Translations under genes and position numbers: made by a program
Source: Patescibacteria group bacterium
Lineage (GTDB): Bacteria > Patescibacteriota > Minisyncoccia > Phycocordibacterales > UBA918
Direction: 5' to 3'
DNA length: 64,000 nucleotides
NCBI GenBank assembly: GCA_039188945.1
Contig: JBCCYW010000001.1
Coordinates: forward strand, 43,003 to 107,002
In this document: in pieces, positions 29,097-39,200 of the stretch
Numbering within the stretch: the stretch's first letter is position 1
Layout of the letters: each line of letters starts with the position of its first letter
The notes under the pieces: generated by a model
Seen by the model: the letters and a program-made list of their open reading frames with translations, nothing else
Database searches by the model: none
What the model was told of the DNA's origin: nothing

Positions 29097-29666
29097 ATGT
29101 CAGAAGTAGAAAATCAAGAAAAGCAAGAAGGACAAAAGACTGTTGTGGCCTTTGTGGTCGGTCTTCTCGTCGGTGGACTCCTCGTCTGGGTATTCTCAGC
29201 TCCGGGAGATATGCACAAGCACGATGATGATCGCAATAAAGACGAAGCAGCAGAAACAGGGGAAACTGTCGGGGAAGAAGTGGACTCTACTAACGAAACT
29301 GCAGAGGATCAGGTTGCCGAACCAGAAACTCCAGCGGTAGCAGCCTTACCAGTAGGCGACGGCAGTGTTGAAGTCGCTGACCAACCAGCCGGTACGAGCG
29401 TAGCATTGAGCGGTGCAACCTATCCGACCAGTGAAGGCTGGATCGGTGTGCGTGACTACGCAAATGGACAGCTCGCAGGATTGCTTGGTGTGGTTCGCTA
29501 CAGTGAGGAGCAAGGTCTTGTACCACAGGAAATTATCCTCCAACGAGCGACTGAAGCTGGCAATGAGTACGCTGTAGTCTTCTACACAGAGAGCGGCGAT
29601 CGACAGTTCAGTCTGGCAGACGATGTACAGATTGATGAAGTGTTCGCAACCTTCACGGCTCGATAA
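29097..29666 (+). CDS. Hypothetical membrane-anchored protein
   Basis: N-terminal TM, acidic linker, C-terminal beta domain; TATAAT upstream. Confidence 0.7.
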   Translation: MSEVENQEKQEGQKTVVAFVVGLLVGGLLVWVFSAPGDMHKHDDDRNKDEAAETGETVGEEVDSTNETAEDQVAEPETPAVAALPVGDGSVEVADQPAGTSVALSGATYPTSEGWIGVRDYANGQLAGLLGVVRYSEEQGLVPQEIILQRATEAGNEYAVVFYTESGDRQFSLADDVQIDEVFATFTAR

Positions 29667-29682
29667 TCACCAATTCTTGTTC

Positions 29683-29710
29683 AAAAAGCGCTCGTATATG
29701 GGCGTTTTTT
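29683..29710 (+). terminator. Intrinsic terminator
   Basis: AAAAAGCGCTCG-TATA-TGGGCGTTTTTT. Confidence 0.65.
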
Positions 29711-29730
29711 GTGTGGTGTATACTGGTGCC

Positions 29731-30513
29731 ATGGCAGAATTTGTAAAGCGCTATAACCCTAACCGTAGTGCTGAATGGAACTATGGTGGCAGTAAGTGGA
29801 AATTGTCTCGCTCCAAGATTGATTTGTTTGTTGAGTGCCCACGTTGTTTTTATCTTGATAACAAACTAGGTACGAAACGACCTGGCTTTCCAGCATTTAA
29901 TCTCAACATCGCCGTCGACGAGTTATTTAAAAAGGAGTTCGATGAACATCGGAAAGCCGGAACACCACACCCCATAATGGAAGAGTATGGTATTGAGGCA
30001 GTGCCGTTTGCCCACAACGATCTTGATGCCTGGCGAGACAACTTTACGGGCATCACCTATACCGAACCAGAAACTGGACTTACGGTAAGTGGGGCGGTGG
30101 ATGATATTTGGGTGACTCCACAAGAGACGCTCATTATTGTTGATTATAAATCAACGTCTAAAGAGGGTCGTATTGAAGCCCTGGGCGACAGTCCTTGGGA
30201 GCAGCAATACACCAGACAGCTTGGTGTCTACCGTTGGCTCTTAGAACAAAATGGCTTCACTGTTGAAACGACTGGTTATTTGATATATGCAAACGCTAGT
30301 AAGGCTGAGGTTGGCTTCAATAATCAGCTCACATTCGAAACCACCTTGGTATCAGTTGAAACGACGACGGACTGGATACGAGACACGCTAGTAGAAATTA
30401 AAGATAGCTTAGAAAAAGAGCATATCCCGGCATCCGGACCGACGTGTGAATATTGTCCGTATCGCGAAGCCGCCGGTAAAAAGCTGTTAACCATCCACAA
30501 TAAACTAAAATAA
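29731..30513 (+). CDS. PD-(D/E)XK nuclease, RecB/Cas4-like
   Basis: LSRSKI....CPRCFY, GAVDD, IIVDYKST, QLGVY, CEYC. Confidence 0.85.
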   Translation: MAEFVKRYNPNRSAEWNYGGSKWKLSRSKIDLFVECPRCFYLDNKLGTKRPGFPAFNLNIAVDELFKKEFDEHRKAGTPHPIMEEYGIEAVPFAHNDLDAWRDNFTGITYTEPETGLTVSGAVDDIWVTPQETLIIVDYKSTSKEGRIEALGDSPWEQQYTRQLGVYRWLLEQNGFTVETTGYLIYANASKAEVGFNNQLTFETTLVSVETTTDWIRDTLVEIKDSLEKEHIPASGPTCEYCPYREAAGKKLLTIHNKLK

Positions 30514-30514
30514 T

Positions 30515-30778
30515 ATGAGTAATTTTTCTGATCAGGTAAAACAAGTGGTTGCAAAGATTCCTAAGGGCCAGGTTATGACCTATAGTGAAGTAGCTAAGCG
30601 AGCTGGTTCACCAAAAGCCGCGCGGGCTGTCGCTAACCTCATGGCCAAAAACTATGATCCAGCAATTCCTTGTCACCGAGTGATTAGAACAGATGGTTCC
30701 CTAGGAGGCTATAACCGCGGCGGGGTAGAGAAAAAGCGTGCTATATTACAAGCTGAAGGAGCTGTCTTATGGAAGTAA
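30515..30778 (+). CDS. MGMT/Ogt-family protein (DNA-binding domain only)
   Basis: IPKGQVMTY, ARAV, PCHRV active-site motif. Confidence 0.9.
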   Translation: MSNFSDQVKQVVAKIPKGQVMTYSEVAKRAGSPKAARAVANLMAKNYDPAIPCHRVIRTDGSLGGYNRGGVEKKRAILQAEGAVLWK

Positions 30779-31071
30779 ATCAAGCCAAACAAGCACTTGA
30801 GAGAGCTCGAGAAAAGTTACAAGACGCAGATACAGAAAAAAATGCGTTAGCTACGAAGTTACGAGAACTACAACAAGATCGTACGCATAAAGTAGCCGAG
30901 TTAACTGATAAGCATCGAATTGAGATGGATCGATTGACTGACCGCTTTGATAATGAGGTTCGCCGCCTCGACGGTGAGGTTAGACAAGCAGAGACTAAAG
31001 TTCGTCGTACGCAGGGCGAAGTAGAATCTCGTGAGCGTGATGTGCAGGACGCCGAACGACATGCTGCCTAA
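30769..31071 (+). CDS. Coiled-coil hypothetical protein
   Basis: Highly charged heptad pattern; overlaps upstream gene by 10 nt. Confidence 0.65.
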   Translation: MEVNQAKQALERAREKLQDADTEKNALATKLRELQQDRTHKVAELTDKHRIEMDRLTDRFDNEVRRLDGEVRQAETKVRRTQGEVESRERDVQDAERHAA

Positions 31072-31080
31072 AAAATAACT

Positions 31081-31677
31081 ATGTATACCTACAGAATTGA
31101 ACAAGCTATTCGCGCTGCGGCTGTCTTGCATAAAGATCAGTTGCGAAAAGGATCAATGCCCTTTCCGTTTATTACACACATCATGTCGACCGTCATGATC
31201 CTGCGTGATTATACTGACGACGAAGATACACTGGTAGCTGCTTTACTGCATGATACTCTCGAAGATACCGACTACACAGCCGAGGAACTACAGGAAGACT
31301 TCGGCGGGAAAGTACTGGATATTGTTCTTGCGCTATCCGAACCACGCACAGACAGTGAGAACAAAGTTTCGTTTAAAGACAGGAAAAAACAGTACGCTAA
31401 GCAGCTTAAAAAAGCTCCTCAAGAGGCTCTCTTAATTGCTGCTGCAGATAAAAGCCATAATTTTAGAACAATTGTTGAAGAGTACTATGAAGATCCGCTT
31501 CGCTTTACCAAAGATTTTGGCAACATTATTGAAGATCGCCTAGAGGCATATCAAGAAATCGCTAACGTTATCAATTCACGTCTAAAAAGTGATATAGTAG
31601 CGGAGTTTAATCACGTCTTTGAGGAATATAAAAACTTTATCTACGATGTCAAAAAAGCAACCGAGCAACAGTTTTAA
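31081..31677 (+). CDS. HD-domain protein, small alarmone hydrolase (Mesh1/SpoT-HD)-like
   Basis: H..Q.RK...P.I.H, AALLHDTLEDT, ADK.HN. Confidence 0.85.
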   Translation: MYTYRIEQAIRAAAVLHKDQLRKGSMPFPFITHIMSTVMILRDYTDDEDTLVAALLHDTLEDTDYTAEELQEDFGGKVLDIVLALSEPRTDSENKVSFKDRKKQYAKQLKKAPQEALLIAAADKSHNFRTIVEEYYEDPLRFTKDFGNIIEDRLEAYQEIANVINSRLKSDIVAEFNHVFEEYKNFIYDVKKATEQQF

Positions 31678-33460
31678 ATACACTCCAACTCAGAAACTAT
31701 CAAAATTAGGTAAGGTGAAAACTGAATGGGATCTTAAGAATTTGTTCTATACAAGACCGAACGATACCCGAATCAAAACAATTGTTAATGCCCTTGAAAA
31801 AAAATATATTGCATTTGCGAAGAAGCATCAGAAACTTGCTTTTACAAAGAGCGATAAAGCTTTGCTTGCCAGCTTGCGTGAATATAAACGATTGGCTAAT
31901 TCAGACATGCATAAAGTGTTTATTTATCTATTTCTGGCTCGCGAAAAGAATGCTAGCGACACAGTAGCTGAACAAATCATCAATGTGCTCGAGCAACGGG
32001 TTACAAAATTCACAAACCATATAATCTTTTACACTTTAGCGATTGGAAAACTGCCAAAACAAAGACAGAAATCAATTTTGGCTAACAGTGACTTTAGAGA
32101 ATACCGCTTCTTACTACAAGGCATCTTTGAATCTGCAAAGTACAACTTGTCGGAGGCAGAAGAGAAAATTCTCAGTCTCAAGGCAATGACGTCACGCGGC
32201 CTCTGGATCGCAGGAACCGAAAAAATACTCAACAAGGCTACCGTCTTGGTTGATAAACAAGACATTCCACTTAACGGAGCACTGATGGAAATGATTGATG
32301 CTCCACAACCTCGTCGTGGCAAACTCTGGAAAGCATGTAGTGCAAAATTGAAAGAAATTGGACCTATTGCCGAGAACGAATTGACTGCATTAATTTTAGA
32401 TAAGAAGATTTCGGATGAGTTACGAGGTTACGAAAAACCGTATTCAGCGACCGTTCGATCTTTTGATACAACCGAAAAGAGTCTCGAGGCTCTTACAGAC
32501 TCTGTTGTACATAGAGGATATGCTGCAGCCAAAAAGTACTACACTCTCAAGAAAAAAATTTACGGGAAACAATTGGATTACATTGATCGTGATGATTTTC
32601 CAAAGCGATTACCGCCGGTTGATTTCAAACAAGCAGTTACTATCTGTCGCGATGGCTTCTATGGTTTTAACCCGATATACGGTGAGATTTTTGATGAAAT
32701 GCTAGAAGGTGGACATATCGATGTATACCCTAAAAAAGGTAAGGGTGGCGGGGCATTTTGCATCAGTGCAACAAACAGTCCAACTATGGTTATGCTCAAT
32801 CATTCCAGTGATTTCGGTTCTGTTCGTACGTTAGCACATGAGATGGGACATGCTATTCATGGCTACCGAAGCAAAAAACAAGGTGTACTTTACGACGATC
32901 ATTCCGTTCTTACCGCAGAAACTGCTAGTACATTCTTTGAAGCAGTCATCGGTGAGTCGCTGATGAAGCAAATGACTGATACAGAACGTACAATTTATCT
33001 TAATTCACTTATCAGCGACAAAATCGCTACGATGGTTCTCTGTATTGCTCGCTATCGAGCTGAACTAGAAATGCATGAAACGATTCGACTGAAAGGATCA
33101 ATGACATGGCAAGAGATGTCACAGGTACTAGCAAAACACTTGAAAGCACACTGTGGTTCTGCAATCAAAATCACTGATGACGATGGCTTATCAGTTATTG
33201 CAAAAACTCATTATCGACGCAATTTCTATCAGTTCAGCTATTCTTTTGGTGTCATTGTCAGCTCAATAATGTTTAAACGCTGTCTTGAGGATGCAACTTA
33301 CAAAGATCAGGTTGATACGTTCCTCTGCGCTGGTGAAAAAGATACGGTTGAAAACATTTTTAAGGAAATCGGTATCGACACTACTAAACCTGCTGTGTTC
33401 AATGAAGGTATTGAAATGTTAGAAAATGAGATAGCTCAATTAGAGAAACTCACAAAGTAA
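31646..33460 (+). CDS. pepF: Oligoendopeptidase F (M3B)
   Basis: WDL, GK.GGAFC, TLAHEMGH, AETASTFFE, FYQFSYSFG. Confidence 0.88.
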   Translation: MSKKQPSNSFKYTPTQKLSKLGKVKTEWDLKNLFYTRPNDTRIKTIVNALEKKYIAFAKKHQKLAFTKSDKALLASLREYKRLANSDMHKVFIYLFLAREKNASDTVAEQIINVLEQRVTKFTNHIIFYTLAIGKLPKQRQKSILANSDFREYRFLLQGIFESAKYNLSEAEEKILSLKAMTSRGLWIAGTEKILNKATVLVDKQDIPLNGALMEMIDAPQPRRGKLWKACSAKLKEIGPIAENELTALILDKKISDELRGYEKPYSATVRSFDTTEKSLEALTDSVVHRGYAAAKKYYTLKKKIYGKQLDYIDRDDFPKRLPPVDFKQAVTICRDGFYGFNPIYGEIFDEMLEGGHIDVYPKKGKGGGAFCISATNSPTMVMLNHSSDFGSVRTLAHEMGHAIHGYRSKKQGVLYDDHSVLTAETASTFFEAVIGESLMKQMTDTERTIYLNSLISDKIATMVLCIARYRAELEMHETIRLKGSMTWQEMSQVLAKHLKAHCGSAIKITDDDGLSVIAKTHYRRNFYQFSYSFGVIVSSIMFKRCLEDATYKDQVDTFLCAGEKDTVENIFKEIGIDTTKPAVFNEGIEMLENEIAQLEKLTK

Positions 33461-33498
33461 TATCTATACATTAAACTAACGTGGCATAATACACATGT

Positions 33499-33774
33499 AT
33501 GAACTTACTCTTTTGGGGACTGACAATTAGCGTAATTGGCAAGGTACTCTTGGCAATCGGTGTTTTGTGGGCGCATCGAGAATTAGCGATTGAGGGCAAA
33601 ATCGACAAGGAAGTGATTCGCTCTTTTACCCTTGAGCGTTGGTTAACTATCATTGGGCTTCTACTGATTGTGTTGGGATACGCAATGGAGATCTACTTCT
33701 ACGGCTTTACACCATTTCTCACCTGTGAAGGTTTTGATTGTATGAGCGCAGTCTCTGGCTCTATTTCACAATAA
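33499..33774 (+). CDS. Small membrane protein
   Basis: Two TM segments; -10 CATAAT upstream. Confidence 0.65.
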   Translation: MNLLFWGLTISVIGKVLLAIGVLWAHRELAIEGKIDKEVIRSFTLERWLTIIGLLLIVLGYAMEIYFYGFTPFLTCEGFDCMSAVSGSISQ

Positions 33775-33815
33775 AATCTAATTTGCTATAGTGGCTGACG
33801 TTAGCAACTGCTTTT

Positions 33816-35762
33816 ATGACTGGAAACGAAATCCGAAAGAAATACCTAGCTTTTATGGCTGCTCGTGAGCACGCAGTAGTTCCGTCTGCAGCACTTGTGC
33901 CAGAAAATGACCCAACCACCCTCTTTACCGGAAGTGGTATGCAACCTCTCGTACCGTATCTATTAGGAGAAATCCATCCAAAAGGTACGCGAATTGTCGA
34001 CTCACAAAAATGTTTTCGAGCCGAAGATATTGAAGAAGTCGGGGACACGAGTCATACGACATTCTTTGAAATGCTCGGTAACTGGTCGTTAGGTGACTAT
34101 TTCAAAAAAGAACAGATTCCTTGGATCGCTAGTTTTTACCTTGATGAAGTTCGTCTTGACCCTGAGCGCTTCTACGTAACTGTCTTTGCTGGAGACGAAG
34201 CCGCTGGCGTACCAAAAGATGAAGAAGCGGCGCTTATTTGGCAAGAGGAGTTTAAAAAACGTGGTTTGAGTCACGGTATTGCATATATGGGAAGTGCTGT
34301 GGAGGCAGCCAAACGAGGTATGAAAGAAGGGGAGCGGATTTTCTACTACGATGCTAAAGAGAACTGGTGGAGCCGCGCTGGTGTACCAGAGAATATGCCG
34401 GTAGGAGAAATTGGTGGGGGAGATAGTGAGATGTTTTTTGATTTTGGCGTGACCCCAAACCCAGACGCCCTTGAGCCGTGCCAGCACGACCACCCAGCTA
34501 GTGATACGGGCCGCTTTATGGAAATCGGCAACTCAGTCTTCATGGAATACATCAAGACCGAAAATGGTTTTGAACCACTGCCGGCTCAGAACGTGGACTT
34601 TGGTGGTGGGCTAGAACGCATCGCTGCAGCTTCTATCAATTCTCCTGATGTGTATAAAGTAGATTTGCTCTGGAATGTTATTGAACAAATCCAGAAGCTT
34701 TCAGGTAAGCAGTATGAAGACGACTTAGAAGCGTTTCGAGTGATTACGGATCATATTCGGGGCGCAGTGTTTATGATTGGTGATGGCGTCCTGCCCAGTA
34801 ATACCGAACAAGGCTACTTTGTACGTCGCTTACTTCGTCGTAGTGTTCGTTATGCCGATAAGCTAGGTATTCCAGCGGGAGAATTCAAGAATCTGGCAGA
34901 AAGTGTGATTACCACCTACGAAGGCCACTACACAAACCTGGGCGAAAAGAGAAACGTAATCAAAGACGCTATTCAGGGCGAAGAAGAACAGTTCCGAAAA
35001 ACACTCGAGAAAGGCCTCAAACAATTCAATAAAATTGGTCTTCAACTCCATATCACTTCTGAACAAATCAAACAAGCTCAAGAAACCAAAGAGAAAATTA
35101 CGCCAGATGTAACCAAAGCAATTACGGCAGAAAATGCATTTGAACTTTTTGCGACCTATGGGTTTCCGATTGAACTCACTGAAGAAATTGCTACCGAAAA
35201 AGGTCTGGTGGTTGACCGACCAGGCTTCAAGAAACTCATGGAAGAGCATCGTGAGAAGTCGCGGGCCGGAGCCGAGCAGAAGTTTAAAGGTGGTTTGGCT
35301 GATCAATCGGAAAAGGTGGTGCAGTATCATACCGCGACCCATCTCATGCTAGCTGGATTACGGAAGTATGTGGGCGATCATGTTCACCAAGCTGGCTCAA
35401 ACATTACAGGAGAGCGATTACGCTTTGACTTCACAAATGGAGAAAAAGTGGAGCGAGAAACCCTTGATAAAATCGAAGGCTTCGTAAATGATGCGCTACA
35501 AACTGGTGGAGAAGTGACCATTGAAACTATGCCTAAAACCGATGCTGAGAATGACCCAACGGTTGAAGGTAGTTTCTGGGATCGATATCCTGACGAGGTA
35601 AAGGTCTACACCATGACAGGCTCCGACGGCACCGTGTACTCTCGTGAGCTCTGCGGCGGCCCACATGTCGAAAACCTCTCTGAAGTCGAAGGAACCTTCA
35701 AAATCACTAAAGAAGAATCGTCTTCAGCAGGAGTACGGCGTATTAAAGCTATCTTGCAGTAA
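33816..35762 (+). CDS. alaS: Alanine--tRNA ligase lacking the C-Ala domain
   Basis: DPTTLFTGSGMQ, HTTFFEMLGNWS, HTATHL, ELCGGPHV; ends at GVRRIKA. Confidence 0.96.
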   Translation: MTGNEIRKKYLAFMAAREHAVVPSAALVPENDPTTLFTGSGMQPLVPYLLGEIHPKGTRIVDSQKCFRAEDIEEVGDTSHTTFFEMLGNWSLGDYFKKEQIPWIASFYLDEVRLDPERFYVTVFAGDEAAGVPKDEEAALIWQEEFKKRGLSHGIAYMGSAVEAAKRGMKEGERIFYYDAKENWWSRAGVPENMPVGEIGGGDSEMFFDFGVTPNPDALEPCQHDHPASDTGRFMEIGNSVFMEYIKTENGFEPLPAQNVDFGGGLERIAAASINSPDVYKVDLLWNVIEQIQKLSGKQYEDDLEAFRVITDHIRGAVFMIGDGVLPSNTEQGYFVRRLLRRSVRYADKLGIPAGEFKNLAESVITTYEGHYTNLGEKRNVIKDAIQGEEEQFRKTLEKGLKQFNKIGLQLHITSEQIKQAQETKEKITPDVTKAITAENAFELFATYGFPIELTEEIATEKGLVVDRPGFKKLMEEHREKSRAGAEQKFKGGLADQSEKVVQYHTATHLMLAGLRKYVGDHVHQAGSNITGERLRFDFTNGEKVERETLDKIEGFVNDALQTGGEVTIETMPKTDAENDPTVEGSFWDRYPDEVKVYTMTGSDGTVYSRELCGGPHVENLSEVEGTFKITKEESSSAGVRRIKAILQ

Positions 35763-35816
35763 CTATCCCCGGAGTCAGAATTACTGGCCTGTAAGTAAAG
35801 ATATACTAATAGGAAT

Positions 35817-37046
35817 ATGGGACTCTTTTCCTCTGGCACTTCTGATGTGCGCTATGGAGCGATTGTTGATGTTGGCTCTGGCAGTGTGTTGGTATCAATC
35901 ATTAAATCTGACATAGCAAGTGATCATCCTGAAGTTGTGTGGTCAAAGCGTGAGTATGTGCTCCTAAAAGATACCGTTACCGTTCAACAAGGAGCCAAGA
36001 ATATTCTGACAGCACTTATGAACGGTATTTTGGCACTAGGTAAGGAGGGAATCGCAACCCTGAAGCAAACTGAAGGAACTACAAAAATCGGGCAGATTCA
36101 ATTCAGCATCTCTGCTCCTTGGTCATACACTATTTCAAAAACAGTCAATTTTACTGATGATGCTGAATTTGAGATTACCAAAACTCTCATTGCTGAACTC
36201 ACTGAAGCAGCTCAAAAGAAAACCCTTGAGGAACTCAAGGGAAATGAGATCACTGAGCTTCTGGGGCTCGAAATTATCGCCCGCACCACTACCGACCTTA
36301 TAGCTAACGGTTACCGTACTGAGCAGCCGTATGGCCAGCAAACCAAGAAATTATCCTTAGCTCATGTGAGCGCTGTTGCACAACAAGATCTGATTGAGGC
36401 GCTGGGCCAGGCGCAAGAAAAGATTATGCCTCGTGCCCAGGTTGAGAAGTTTTCATTCATGCTGGTGTACTACTGTGTCATGCGTGAACTGTATCCAACC
36501 GCAACTGAGTTTTGTTTGGTGGATGTAACGTTTGAAGCAACTGAAATCGCTATCATCAGAGATGGAATTTTCAAATACAGCACACATGCGCCATACGGAT
36601 CGTACACACTGGCACGAGAACTCTCAGAAGCACTGCAAATACCAAAAGAAGAAGCGTTTTCACTGCTGAAAAAACCACACGAGCAGTGTGTTGAAGAGCT
36701 GCCAGCAAGCAAACGAGAAGCATTTCAGAAAGTCATACGCGGGTATCAGCAACTGATAACTGACCTTTTCAAGCAAACTGGAGATGCACTGACTATTCCG
36801 AAAACAATTTACCTGCACGCTGACCTATATACAGAAATGTTTTTCCACAACAGTATAGATCTCGCAGCCCAAGAAGCGACTCGCGGCTCGCATATTATTC
36901 ATGAAGTAACCAGTGAACTACTCACCAAAAACTATCGGCCAGAAGAGAAAAAGGCCCTTAAAAAAGACCTCGTTGACACGGCTTTGCTCATTTCGGCCCA
37001 ATTTTTCCACAAACAACACCATTGTAAGGATTTTGAACAACTTTAA
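35817..37046 (+). CDS. Actin-fold (FtsA/PilM-like) protein, divergent
   Basis: IVDVGSGSV, ANGY, LVDV..EATEI....G motifs. Confidence 0.6.
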   Translation: MGLFSSGTSDVRYGAIVDVGSGSVLVSIIKSDIASDHPEVVWSKREYVLLKDTVTVQQGAKNILTALMNGILALGKEGIATLKQTEGTTKIGQIQFSISAPWSYTISKTVNFTDDAEFEITKTLIAELTEAAQKKTLEELKGNEITELLGLEIIARTTTDLIANGYRTEQPYGQQTKKLSLAHVSAVAQQDLIEALGQAQEKIMPRAQVEKFSFMLVYYCVMRELYPTATEFCLVDVTFEATEIAIIRDGIFKYSTHAPYGSYTLARELSEALQIPKEEAFSLLKKPHEQCVEELPASKREAFQKVIRGYQQLITDLFKQTGDALTIPKTIYLHADLYTEMFFHNSIDLAAQEATRGSHIIHEVTSELLTKNYRPEEKKALKKDLVDTALLISAQFFHKQHHCKDFEQL

Positions 37047-37070
37047 GAGCTATACTACAATAACAACGTT

Positions 37071-38372
37071 ATGGCGCAGAAGTGGAATTTGCAAGATATT
37101 AAACCGGCCGGGAAGCGAAAGCGCCTTGAGCCAACTAAACAGGGTGGGCTTGTACATACACCAACCCACACGGCTCCGGTCCGTGAAGAAATTCCTAATA
37201 TTAGGATTGAAGACGGTAATCAAAAGAAGCGATCAAAAGGCTGGTTGGCAGCCATTACCTTCATAGTTATTATCGTTGGTGGCATTGTCGCCAGCGCATT
37301 CATGAGCGGTGCTGAACTGACTGTACATCCACGGTTTCGCGAGCCAAATTTAAACGCTACTTTTACTTCGTACCCAGAGCCTCGTGCCAACGAACTCTCC
37401 TACGAAATCATGTCTCTTGAGGCCACCGGCGAGCGTCAAGTTACGGCTTCTGGCGAAGAAACAGTAACCGAACAAGCAACGGGAGAAATCGAAATCATCA
37501 AAACTACTGCTGGTTCTGAACGCCTTATAAAAAATACCCGCTTCGAGTCACCAAACGGTCTGATTTTTAGGATAGAAGAATCAGTAGTGGTTCCAGGGGC
37601 GGTTGATTCTGTGCCGGGAACAATCAGAGCCAGGGTGTTTGCTGAGTCACCAGGCGATGAATACAACCTACTTTCAGGGACAACTCTCACTATTCCTGGC
37701 TTCGCTGAAAACGGTTTTGATGACCTTTTCCAAAGCATCACAGCAGTAAACAGAGCCGACATAACTGGCGGTTTTGATGGGCCACGGTTTATTATCGACG
37801 ACGACGAGCTAGCCACCGCCCGGCAATCATTGCAGATGGAACTGCGTGACTCACTTCTCGAACGAGTCCCTACCGAACGCCCGGCTGGCTTTACCACCTT
37901 TGATTCTGCAGTTGCATTCACATATGTTGAATTGCCAGCCGTAGAATATGGCAACAACCTTGTGACTATTCGTGAACAAGCGATACTGCAGCTACCTCTA
38001 TATCAAGAGCGAGACTTTGCAAACTACATTGCAGCCGCTACTGTACCAGGGTATGAAGGAAACCCAGTTCGCATTGATAATCTGAGTGATCTTACATTCA
38101 CGTATACCTCAGCTACAACCAGCGCAACCAATATTGCAAATGAGACTTCTATTGAATTCAATTTGGCTGGCCGCCCGCTTCTCGTTTGGGTGTATGACCC
38201 AGACAAACTAAAGGCTGATCTACTTGGAGTGCCAAAAACTGCACTTTCCAATATCTTAAGTTCGTACCCAGCTATAGAGAGCGCCAGTGCCGTTGTGAGA
38301 CCGTTCTGGAAACGCTCATTCCCAACTGACATGAGCGACATAGATGTGATTGAGATGTTGAAAGAGGAGTAA
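37071..38372 (+). CDS. Membrane-anchored protein with baseplate-J-like domain
   Basis: TM, then ATGEI.I, TRFESPNGLIFR, VFAESPGDEYN, ITGGFDG. Confidence 0.6.
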   Translation: MAQKWNLQDIKPAGKRKRLEPTKQGGLVHTPTHTAPVREEIPNIRIEDGNQKKRSKGWLAAITFIVIIVGGIVASAFMSGAELTVHPRFREPNLNATFTSYPEPRANELSYEIMSLEATGERQVTASGEETVTEQATGEIEIIKTTAGSERLIKNTRFESPNGLIFRIEESVVVPGAVDSVPGTIRARVFAESPGDEYNLLSGTTLTIPGFAENGFDDLFQSITAVNRADITGGFDGPRFIIDDDELATARQSLQMELRDSLLERVPTERPAGFTTFDSAVAFTYVELPAVEYGNNLVTIREQAILQLPLYQERDFANYIAAATVPGYEGNPVRIDNLSDLTFTYTSATTSATNIANETSIEFNLAGRPLLVWVYDPDKLKADLLGVPKTALSNILSSYPAIESASAVVRPFWKRSFPTDMSDIDVIEMLKEE

Positions 38373-38397
38373 TTAACATAATCTCACAGCTACAGTA

Positions 38398-38426
38398 TTG
38401 ACGTTTTTACACTGTTTTGATAGACT
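38398..38426 (+). promoter_or_regulatory. Sigma70 promoter of infA-rpsI cluster
   Basis: TTGACG-N17-TAGACT with extended TG. Confidence 0.75.
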
Positions 38427-38438
38427 CATGCTCGTTTA

Positions 38439-38663
38439 ATGGATCAAGAGGAGCACAAGCAAGACGACCTCGTCTACGGCGTAGTTGAGGAGGCGCTTCC
38501 AAACGCGCTTTTTCGCGTTACGCTGGACGGGCAAGATGAGTCTGTGATTGTCTACCTCGCCGGGAAAATGCGGAAATTCCGTATCCGGGTTCTGGTTGGC
38601 GATCGGGTTGGCATTGTGCCAGACCAGTACGGAGGCCGGGGCAGAATCACTAAACGACTTTAA
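38439..38663 (+). CDS. infA: Translation initiation factor IF-1
   Basis: [28 protein letters not shown]. Confidence 0.95.
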   Translation: MDQEEHKQDDLVYGVVEEALPNALFRVTLDGQDESVIVYLAGKMRKFRIRVLVGDRVGIVPDQYGGRGRITKRL

Positions 38664-38673
38664 CCTGTTGATT

Positions 38674-38790
38674 ATGAAAGTACGATCATCTGTAAAAAAG
38701 CGAAGTGCTGATGATATTATCGTCCGACGACGAGGTCGTATTTACGTAATCAACAAGAAAAAGCCACGCCACAAGCAACGTCAGGGTTAA
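38674..38790 (+). CDS. rpmJ: 50S ribosomal protein L36 (Cys-free form)
   Basis: [38 protein letters not shown]. Confidence 0.95.
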   Translation: MKVRSSVKKRSADDIIVRRRGRIYVINKKKPRHKQRQG

Positions 38791-38793
38791 TAT

Positions 38794-39171
38794 ATGCGAA
38801 TTTCAGGTATCACAATTCCAGACACGAAACATCTCGAATACGGTCTCACAGCAGTATATGGGATCGGTCTTTCACGTTCACAAGATATTCTTGATGAACT
38901 TAAAATTGAGCGCACAGCTAAACCAGATTCACTCTCAACTGAGCAGGAGAACGCCATTCGAGAAGCAATTGAAAGCTTCACTATCGAAGGTGAGCTTAAG
39001 CGCCAAACTGCGGCAAACATTAAGCGCCTGAAAGATGTTGGTTCATATCGCGGAAGCCGACACACCAAGCGTCTACCAGCCCGTGGACAACGAACCAAAA
39101 CAAATGCTCGCAGTCTTAAGGGAGCTAAGAAGACCATGGGTTCAGGTCGTCGTAAGCTTGAGAAGACGTAG
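38794..39171 (+). CDS. rpsM: 30S ribosomal protein S13
   Basis: YGIG, YRG.RH...LP.RGQRTKTNAR. Confidence 0.97.
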   Translation: MRISGITIPDTKHLEYGLTAVYGIGLSRSQDILDELKIERTAKPDSLSTEQENAIREAIESFTIEGELKRQTAANIKRLKDVGSYRGSRHTKRLPARGQRTKTNARSLKGAKKTMGSGRRKLEKT

Positions 39172-39200
39172 AATTCTTTTGCATATTTTTCAATTTTCCT

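Noticed and set aside
29731-30513. CRISPR-associated cas4
   Set aside because: No cas1/cas2 or array nearby; treated as a solo PD-(D/E)XK nuclease
33816-35762. alaS, uvrC or atpC as pseudogenes
   Set aside because: They end cleanly at domain boundaries with no frameshifted remainder downstream
37071-38372. Prophage or contractile injection system
   Set aside because: No other phage structural genes or integrase; flanked by housekeeping genes
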